Of a stretch of 28,528 bases of DNA, positions 10,007 through 16,585 are shown piece by piece. This DNA comes from Candidatus Sulfomarinibacteraceae bacterium (GTDB lineage Bacteria > Acidobacteriota > Thermoanaerobaculia > Thermoanaerobaculales > Sulfomarinibacteraceae). The translations under genes were made by a program, and so were the position numbers. The notes under the pieces are model-generated. The model made no database searches. It saw only the letters and a program-made list of their open reading frames with translations, and was not told the origin of the DNA. Within the stretch, counting starts at the first letter, position 1. Every line of letters starts with the position of its first letter. Location: NCBI GenBank assembly GCA_963796455.1, contig CAWCLO010000009.1:1-28528 (forward strand). The letters are read 5' to 3'.

Positions 10007-11278
10007 GTGACGCTCGGAAACCCGAATACCGAGGCCTACGAAATCATGGCCGACATCGTGGTCACGGTGCGGCGTATCGTTTACCGTGGGCTCGTCAAGG
10101 TGTCGGGCGATACCTGGTATCTGGACGGTTTGGCGCCGGGTCTTTTTGAAACACTGGTTGCGCGAAAAGAGACCGAGATCGCGATCGATCGTTTTGACGA
10201 CGAGTATCAGGAACTGATCAGCTACGCAACGCTCGACGATCTTGCAGAAACCATCGAATATAACGAGGATCTCGCGGCCCTCCTGGCGTGGTTGGGTTCC
10301 GACGAGAAGTCGATTGTCGAGCGGCTCCGCGAGGTCGAGTCTCTTCGTCTCAAGCTTGCCGCTTTCGTGCCATTCACCGACGACGACCTCGAAGCGGTGA
10401 TTGATTTCCACCAGGAACTCGGGCGGATGCTCAAAAAACGCAAGGACCCGGCTCCAGAGCCCGAAGAAGTCGAGCCCTCCGAGACGGTTGAGGTCAAGGA
10501 GGAGTCCACGAAAGAGATCTTCGGGGAGGATGACGGGGGCGATCCCGAGAGCGATGCCGAAGCTGATGCTGAAGACGCAGACGACGACGCTGACGAGAGT
10601 GAAGAGGATATGGAGGAGATTTTCGAGGAACCGGGTGGAGACGATCCGGAGGACGACGCCGAAGATGATCCCGAAGACGATCCGAGGGACGACGTCGAAA
10701 ACGATCCGGAGGGAGACACCGACGAGGATTCCGAAGAAGAACCCGACGATGAGGAATCTGAGGAAATCGAAGAGGAAGTCAAGATCGAGGAGCCCGTCGT
10801 CGACCTTTCGACACAATTTGCTGCAATCGACCAGCTCACCAAGAGCGACGTCATCGAACCGGAAGATTTTGCCACCATCGCCACCGAACTCGGAACGCCT
10901 GACGCTTTACAGAATGCGGCGGGCAATGATTCCGAGGATGCCCTCGCCGTCGAGCGTGCGATGGCCAGCGACGACGATCGAGAGGTCCTGGAGATTTTGC
11001 GGCGGGAGGTCATGTCGGTCGCGGAATCCCTGTTGCGAAACGACCCCGAAGAGCAGCACCCGGTGTGGGAGACCCTTCGCTCCAGCGGGTGGTATCTGAT
11101 CAAACGGAGGCCCCTTGAAATCGGACCGATCGAACAGTTCTACGTGGTTGCAGACGGCGTGCTCGAAAAGCGGATTGCCGGTCATAGCTCCGACGAAGTG
11201 AAGGATTTCCTCGAGGAGAGTGAGTTCTCGCGATTGCTGCTGTCCCTGCGCGAGATGTTCCTGAAGCACGATCTTTAG
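10007..11278 (+). CDS. Acidic protein: N-terminal Swt1-like HEPN-like domain (degenerate), D/E-rich linker, unknown C-terminal domain; start uncertain
   Basis: Long ORF. The N-terminal helical pattern (AYE..VRRIV..GDTWY..LISYATLDDL..I..RLREVESLR.K.A) resembles Swt1-like HEPN. About 10450-10800 is extremely acidic. Confidence 0.7.
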   Translation: MTLGNPNTEAYEIMADIVVTVRRIVYRGLVKVSGDTWYLDGLAPGLFETLVARKETEIAIDRFDDEYQELISYATLDDLAETIEYNEDLAALLAWLGSDEKSIVERLREVESLRLKLAAFVPFTDDDLEAVIDFHQELGRMLKKRKDPAPEPEEVEPSETVEVKEESTKEIFGEDDGGDPESDAEADAEDADDDADESEEDMEEIFEEPGGDDPEDDAEDDPEDDPRDDVENDPEGDTDEDSEEEPDDEESEEIEEEVKIEEPVVDLSTQFAAIDQLTKSDVIEPEDFATIATELGTPDALQNAAGNDSEDALAVERAMASDDDREVLEILRREVMSVAESLLRNDPEEQHPVWETLRSSGWYLIKRRPLEIGPIEQFYVVADGVLEKRIAGHSSDEVKDFLEESEFSRLLLSLREMFLKHDL

Positions 11279-11374
11279 AGAATTCGGTATTCGGAATTGC
11301 CGACCGTCAATCCGGTGGGGTTGACGAGGCCGGCATCGATCATTCCGAACTCCGAACTCAGAATTCCGAATTCG
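11279..11374. repeat. Inverted pair of 7-bp arrays around a palindromic core, between convergent genes
   Basis: AGAATTC GGTATTC GGAATTG, then an inner hairpin (GTCAATCC/GGGTTGAC), then TCATTCC GAACTCC GAACTCA GAATTCC GAATTCG. Confidence 0.8.
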
Positions 11375-12494
11375 AGTCGATGAACACTGCCCCCGGAGAG
11401 ATTACCTTGCCGTCGGGGAGATACTCGAGGCAGTGGGCCATCCAACCGGTCTGGATCGCGAGGCAGAAGGGAATCGGGAAGGCGCTCGCCGGAAGCCCGA
11501 TGGGGTGATAGATCAGACCGGTGATGCTGTCCACGTTGGCAAAGATCCCCTTGCCGGAGAGCCCCGCTTCAATCGTTTCCCTGAGTGCCAGATAGGTGAG
11601 CCACAAATCTCGGCGCCCCGTTTCCTCGAGCAGTCTCCGGGCATGGCCTTCGAGGGTGCGAACTCGCGGATCCGGGCATTTGTAGACCCTGTGTCCGAAG
11701 CCCGGAAAGCGTTCTTTGCGGGCAAGGGCCTCAATCGCCCATTGCCGTGCTTCACCGGGTCCATCGAGGCTCTCAATGAGCTCGAAGGCCAGTTGGTTGG
11801 CGCCGCCATGGCGCGCGCCGGACAGCGCGCCCATCCCCGCCAGAACCGCCGACCCGAGATCGGCGCCGGTGGAGATCACGGTCAGTGCGGCAAAGGCCGC
11901 GGCGTGGAGCCCGTGTTCGGCCTGCACGACCAGGCTCGCTTCGAATGCGCCGGTTTCGGACGGGGTGGGGGAGCGACCCAGTGTCTGATACAGGAAGTTG
12001 GCTGCATATCCGAGATCATCGCGTGGGGGAATCGGTTCCAGACCTTGAAGATGCCGGATGGCACACGATGCAAGAGCTGCCGTCCAACTCAATATGCGCG
12101 CCGGTCGGCGCCATTGTGCGTCGAGATCGGTATTGTCCGGTTCGGGGACGTGACAGGCGGCAATCGACAACATGGTCCTGTACTGGGCGAGGGGGTGGGC
12201 GCGTCTCGGAACCCTTTCGAGGGCCTGGATCGCGCTCTTCGGTGGGTGACGCCATCGAATGAGCTCCGCCGACCAATCTCTGAGCCGATCCTCGCTCGGC
12301 AGCTCGCCGAAGAGCACCAGATGACTGACCTCTTCGAAGGACGCTCGTCCCACCAGCGCCTCGATCGAGTGGCCGCGGTAGATCAGCCGGCCATGTGCCC
12401 CGTCGACCTCGCTAATCGCCGTATCGCCGACCACAAGGCCCTCGAGGCCGCGGCCGTAGGTCTGAACGGGGGTGATGGGACCGTTCCCGATCAC
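11358..12494 (-). CDS. Citrate synthase family protein B (catalytic His/His/Asp retained)
   Basis: GLEGLVVGDTAISEVDG..GRLIYRG, EHG, RHGGAN, GFGHRVYKCPDPR, NVD, GWMAH. Confidence 0.9.
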   Translation of the reverse strand: MIGNGPITPVQTYGRGLEGLVVGDTAISEVDGAHGRLIYRGHSIEALVGRASFEEVSHLVLFGELPSEDRLRDWSAELIRWRHPPKSAIQALERVPRRAHPLAQYRTMLSIAACHVPEPDNTDLDAQWRRPARILSWTAALASCAIRHLQGLEPIPPRDDLGYAANFLYQTLGRSPTPSETGAFEASLVVQAEHGLHAAAFAALTVISTGADLGSAVLAGMGALSGARHGGANQLAFELIESLDGPGEARQWAIEALARKERFPGFGHRVYKCPDPRVRTLEGHARRLLEETGRRDLWLTYLALRETIEAGLSGKGIFANVDSITGLIYHPIGLPASAFPIPFCLAIQTGWMAHCLEYLPDGKVISPGAVFIDSNSEF

Positions 12495-13687
12495 GGCCGA
12501 TCCTCCGGTGACGATCCGCGCGGGCCCACATAGCGGCTCAGGGGCCGATAGAGACGAATGGTGTCGAGGGCCTCCCGGACAAGCGCTGTCGTCCCCGCCA
12601 TGCGGCCCACAGCCATCAGGCAGGGCAACAAGGGGCCGTCGGCGCCGAGCAGGTGGAAGAGCAGGGCTCCATAGAAGTTGATATTGATAAACACGCCGCG
12701 TGGTGCCAGCGCCCGGGTGGCGGCGTTTTCGATGGCGCGTGCCGTCTCGAAGAGATCACCCCGGCCCCTCCGGCGGGCCATCGCCGCCACCTCTTTCCGC
12801 AGGATGACGACTCGTGGATCGGGCATGTGGTAACTACGGTGGCCGAAGCCTGCGATGACGCCGCCCGACGCCATGGTCTCCGTGACCCAGGCATCCGCAT
12901 TCGATGCCGAACCGACCGCGAAGATCTGCTCGAGCACGGCCTCGGAAGCCCCGCCAGTTTTCGGCCCACGGAGCGCGGAGAGGCCGGCCACGATGTTGTA
13001 GTAGGGGTCGGCGAGGCAGGAGGCCACGATCATCGACGTGAAGGTTGGGGCATCCAGGCCATGCGCCGCGTACAAGACCCACAGGAGATCGAGGGCCCGG
13101 ATCTCGTCGTCTTCGGGTGGCCGCCCATTAAGGGCTGCCAATACACCTTCGGCGAGGCTGCAACCCGGTTGCGGTGCCTGGTAGTCGAGACCGGCGCGGT
13201 GGCGGCAGATATCGGCCACCACCTCGGTAACCTGGCCGACCACCCGGAGTTCACGCCATTGGCGTTCACCGGAGAGATCGTCGTCGGCCGAAAGTTCGTG
13301 GCAGCCGATGGCCGAGACCCCGGCGCGAAGCACCCGGGTCGGGTGGGTCTTTGGATCGAGGGATCGCATCAAAGCGATGACGTCGGGTGGGATGACCCGG
13401 CTCGATCGGACCTGTTCGCGGAACCGGGCCAGGTCCTGCGGATCCTCCTCGGCCGTTCGCCCGGTGATCAGCAGGTGGGCGGTTTCTTCAAAATCGACCA
13501 GCCCCGCAAGATGTTCGATCGGCACGCCCCGGTAGGCCAGCTGCCCCGATGACGGGTCGAGCCACATCACGCGGGTCTCGGCTGCGACGACACCGGACAG
13601 ACCGGGACCGACATCGGTGGTCACCGGCCAGTCGATCGCATCCGCCCGCCAGTCGAAGGCTGAGCCAAGGGTGTCGAGTTTTGTCAC
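12491..13687 (-). CDS. Citrate synthase family protein A (catalytic His and Asp substituted)
   Basis: GLSGVVAAETRV..GQLAYRG, AHG, GPKTGGA, GFGHRSY..DPR, NINFY, GRMAG, LYRP..YVG. GTG start at 13687 inferred; GTGA overlap with gene B. Confidence 0.88.
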   Translation of the reverse strand: MTKLDTLGSAFDWRADAIDWPVTTDVGPGLSGVVAAETRVMWLDPSSGQLAYRGVPIEHLAGLVDFEETAHLLITGRTAEEDPQDLARFREQVRSSRVIPPDVIALMRSLDPKTHPTRVLRAGVSAIGCHELSADDDLSGERQWRELRVVGQVTEVVADICRHRAGLDYQAPQPGCSLAEGVLAALNGRPPEDDEIRALDLLWVLYAAHGLDAPTFTSMIVASCLADPYYNIVAGLSALRGPKTGGASEAVLEQIFAVGSASNADAWVTETMASGGVIAGFGHRSYHMPDPRVVILRKEVAAMARRRGRGDLFETARAIENAATRALAPRGVFININFYGALLFHLLGADGPLLPCLMAVGRMAGTTALVREALDTIRLYRPLSRYVGPRGSSPEDRP

Positions 13688-13705
13688 CGGGGAAGGATAC
13701 CTGCT

Positions 13706-13747
13706 CGAGTTCGAAATTCGGAATTTGGAATTCGGAATTCGGAATTC
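13706..13747 (+). repeat. 7-bp tandem array, 6 units (GGAATTC-type)
   Basis: CGAGTTC GAAATTC GGAATTT GGAATTC GGAATTC GGAATTC. Confidence 0.88.
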
Positions 13748-13768
13748 CACCCACCCTCCATGCCGGTG

Positions 13769-13858
13769 GGACCTGGGGCCTGTGGCCTGGGGCTTGAGAA
13801 TCAAGAGTCATTCAGAGCAGATCAAACCCTCAAGCCCCGGGCCCCAAGCCTCAAGCCC
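13769..13858. repeat. Inverted pair of GC-rich 7-bp arrays (GGGCCTG / CAAGCCC)
   Basis: GGACCTG GGGCCTG TGGCCTG GGGCTTG (13769-13796) versus CAAGCCC CGGGCCC CAAGCCT CAAGCCC (13831-13858). Confidence 0.75.
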
Positions 13859-13864
13859 ACCAAG

Positions 13865-13891
13865 AAAGCCCCGCTCGGATGAGCGGGGCTT
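13865..13891 (-). terminator. Probable intrinsic terminator of acylase paralog 1
   Basis: Stem AAGCCCCGCTC-GGAT-GAGCGGGGCTT just after the stop, with a short T-run on the minus strand. Confidence 0.75.
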
Positions 13892-13911
13892 GCAAGGATC
13901 GGGTCGTTCCG

Positions 13912-16332
13912 CTAGTCGAACAGCGGGAACGGCCGCGGCAAGAAGGGATCGTAGAACGGTGCCATGGCGAAATAACTGGGATCGAAGACCGGGTAGATGA
14001 AGCCGTCGAACCAGAGGTTTCCATTCGCTCCTACCGGGAACATGCTCTCGATCCGCACCGGACCGTTTTCACCCATTTCCACCACCTGTGCGTAGGTCGA
14101 CCGGCTCGAGAAGGGAATCGAGTGAATTTGGGCAAAGGCTGGATCCAGGAGGTTCGCGAGCAACGGGAGACCGAACCAGATCACGCCGCGTTCTGCGCCG
14201 TAGGGCCCGAGTCCCATTTCAGCCATCACGTTGTCGAGCGCGAGCACGACGATCTCGTTCGGAGTGGTCGGTTTACCCGATGCAAGTTTATCCTGGAACC
14301 AGTTGTAGTAGACAGGCAGTGCGGCATCACCGCCGGCAAGGGCCCGAAGCAACACGTTGAAAAGCATGTGAGTCTTTTCATGGGTGTAGTCCATGCCCGC
14401 TGCGGCGTATTCGTCCTCGAAGGTAAGTCGGATGACCTCTTTGATCCAAGCATCCTGCAGGACCCAGGCATCGGCGCGGTCTGGCCCGAAGCGCCAGGCA
14501 GCGGGTCCACCCGCCACAAAGTGACCGTCCCAGGCATCGAGCATCGCGATGGCCGCATCGCGATCGGGTGAGGAGTTGGCGTCCACCGCCGCTTTGAAAG
14601 CATCGTCGACGAATGACCAGGTGTTGCCGCCTCCTCCGAAGCTGTCGGTCGTGGCGATGTTGAGGGCCAGATCGCGAACCTCCTCAAAGGTCAAATTTTC
14701 GTGAGTTGAAAGGTAGTCCTCTACGACATGGGCCCGGTGGAACGGACCATAATAGGCGCTGTTCGGGGCATTCAGGTAATCGAAGGATGCCTTGTTGTTC
14801 CAGCCGCCGTAAAAGCCCCTACCGCAATTCGAGTCAGATGCGCGGGCACGGTATTCGCCCGTCCACTCCTGGGTTCCGTCTCCGATTTGCGGGAAACGCG
14901 GGTCGGCTCCTGGTGCCCGAATGGGGTCGAAGCCCGTCATCGCGTAGGCTATGTTGCCGTCGCGGTCGACATAGGTCGTGTGCTGGCTGACGCCGATGAG
15001 CTCGACCGCAGCGAAGAAATCGTCCAGGCTTTCCGCTCGTGCGGCAGCGAGCAATGCGTCCACCGCATCCGCCTCATGACCCCAATTTGCATAGGCCCAG
15101 GAAACCACGTACGGAGGTTCTTCGGCAGGGTTGAAGGGCATGGGACTGATCACCGGTCCGTGCCAGGTGCGGAAGACCGGAATGGTCACCGGGTCGCTGT
15201 TCAAAACGTTGATGGTTTCGAAGCGATGGAAGACCGCGCTGGCCGGCGAATCCAAGAAGTAGTCGGTGGTGTGGGCGTGGCCGACCTGGGCGGACCAGGC
15301 GTGGTGCGGTGTCCGTCCAACCGCTATCCCTGGGAGCCCGGGCACGTGCAGACCGGAGACCTCGAGCCCGCCCCCTCGGATCGAGCCCTCGGATGCGATG
15401 GACGGCATTTCGAAGCCCATCTGCGGGCCCGAGTAGAGCATCGGGTTGCCGGTACTGGTCCGTTCTCCCGAAATGGCCCAGGCGTAGCTTCCCATTTTGA
15501 TCCTGGCGCCGATCTCATCCATCTGCCGGTGGTAGGTGTCGATTCGATCACGGATCTCGTTCGCCGCTCCGTGCATTTTCGGGAAGGCGTCGGCCTTGAC
15601 CTTCGGCAGCGAAGAAAGGTGATTCACTTTTGCGCCCGCTGGCGCAGGGATCATGGTCTGAGCCGACGGGTCGTTGAGCCAACGGACATCCGAGAACATG
15701 TAGAGATATTCATCCGGGAAGGCGGCGGCCCAGGTTTGGAAGCACACCATGTTGTCGAGTTGCATGGTGTCGAGGGCCTCCGGATCGAATCCCCGGAAAA
15801 ACAATGCCGTATATGCCAGGGCATCGTTGACCGTCCACGGTGTGGGGAGGAAGCTCATGCTCAAGCCGTCGACAAAGACGTAGTTGAAGCTGGCGATCCA
15901 GTATTCGTAGGGCATGATGTAGAAGTTGGCGTACATCTCCCCGACGCGCTGGTTGATCCCATCCACGTAACCCTGAACAGCGGCCTGGCCGTCTTCGGTG
16001 AGACCGTTGAATTCCTCGGTGAGTTCGTCATCCGAGTAGCCGATGGTGCGAAGGAAGACATCGGTTCCAAGGTAGGACTCACCGAGAACCTCGGAGAGCT
16101 TGCCGCGTGCCTGGCGGCGATAGAGTTCCAGCTGGAACATCCGGTCCGACGCGACCGCGTAGCCCATCGCCTTGTAGACGTCATAGACGGTGTCTCCACC
16201 CTCGATGAACCAGACGCCCTGGGCGTCTCGGGTCGTTGTTACCGGATCGGTTTCCTGTGCATTGGCCTGACCTGAGCCCACAATGGCCACCGCCAGCACC
16301 AGAATCGAGATCTTGAGGATGGACGCCCGCAT
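13912..16332 (-). CDS. Penicillin acylase family (Ntn hydrolase) protein, paralog 1, secreted
   Basis: Signal peptide; RDAQGV..GYAVASDRMFQLELYRR..GKLSEVLG; beta-chain start KMG|SYAWAISGERTSTGNPML; RTWHGPV; DRDGNIAY; GWNNK. Confidence 0.92.
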   Translation of the reverse strand: MRASILKISILVLAVAIVGSGQANAQETDPVTTTRDAQGVWFIEGGDTVYDVYKAMGYAVASDRMFQLELYRRQARGKLSEVLGESYLGTDVFLRTIGYSDDELTEEFNGLTEDGQAAVQGYVDGINQRVGEMYANFYIMPYEYWIASFNYVFVDGLSMSFLPTPWTVNDALAYTALFFRGFDPEALDTMQLDNMVCFQTWAAAFPDEYLYMFSDVRWLNDPSAQTMIPAPAGAKVNHLSSLPKVKADAFPKMHGAANEIRDRIDTYHRQMDEIGARIKMGSYAWAISGERTSTGNPMLYSGPQMGFEMPSIASEGSIRGGGLEVSGLHVPGLPGIAVGRTPHHAWSAQVGHAHTTDYFLDSPASAVFHRFETINVLNSDPVTIPVFRTWHGPVISPMPFNPAEEPPYVVSWAYANWGHEADAVDALLAAARAESLDDFFAAVELIGVSQHTTYVDRDGNIAYAMTGFDPIRAPGADPRFPQIGDGTQEWTGEYRARASDSNCGRGFYGGWNNKASFDYLNAPNSAYYGPFHRAHVVEDYLSTHENLTFEEVRDLALNIATTDSFGGGGNTWSFVDDAFKAAVDANSSPDRDAAIAMLDAWDGHFVAGGPAAWRFGPDRADAWVLQDAWIKEVIRLTFEDEYAAAGMDYTHEKTHMLFNVLLRALAGGDAALPVYYNWFQDKLASGKPTTPNEIVVLALDNVMAEMGLGPYGAERGVIWFGLPLLANLLDPAFAQIHSIPFSSRSTYAQVVEMGENGPVRIESMFPVGANGNLWFDGFIYPVFDPSYFAMAPFYDPFLPRPFPLFD

Positions 16333-16535
16333 ACCCTGCTCCTTTCAAATAAAAAAAGCCTCGGCGCGAGCCTCACTGCGAGATTCGCAGCCGCAGCTCT
16401 CAAAAGAGAAGTTGCTTGCCGAATATAGCTCCGCATTGAGATCTTGTAAATAAACCGGATCGAAAAGGCGTCGAAAATGGAAATCGCGATCAGGCTTCGG
16501 GATGTGTGTTCTCAGGGGATAGGCCAGAGGTGATG

Positions 16536-16564
16536 AAAAAAGCCCCGCTCGGATGAGCGGGGCT
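16536..16564 (-). terminator. Intrinsic terminator of acylase paralog 2
   Basis: AGCCCCGCTC-GGAT-GAGCGGGGCT followed by a T-run on the minus strand; same hairpin as at 13866. Confidence 0.85.
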
Positions 16565-16585
16565 CGGAAGGATTAGAATGTTCCG

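Noticed and set aside
9449..11103. Long minus-strand ORFs (455 aa and 293 aa)
   Set aside because: Antisense shadows of the acidic low-complexity gene and fxsA, with no family motifs.
13688..13804. N-terminal extension of citrate synthase A (and of the PLD ORF from 7122)
   Set aside because: The extensions merely translate heptamer repeats (EFRIPNSKFRIS; KTQNSKLKTQN); downstream starts fit the families better.
14728..16275. 515-aa plus-strand ORF and similar long alternate-frame ORFs
   Set aside because: Antisense to well-supported genes in high-GC DNA, where stop codons are scarce.
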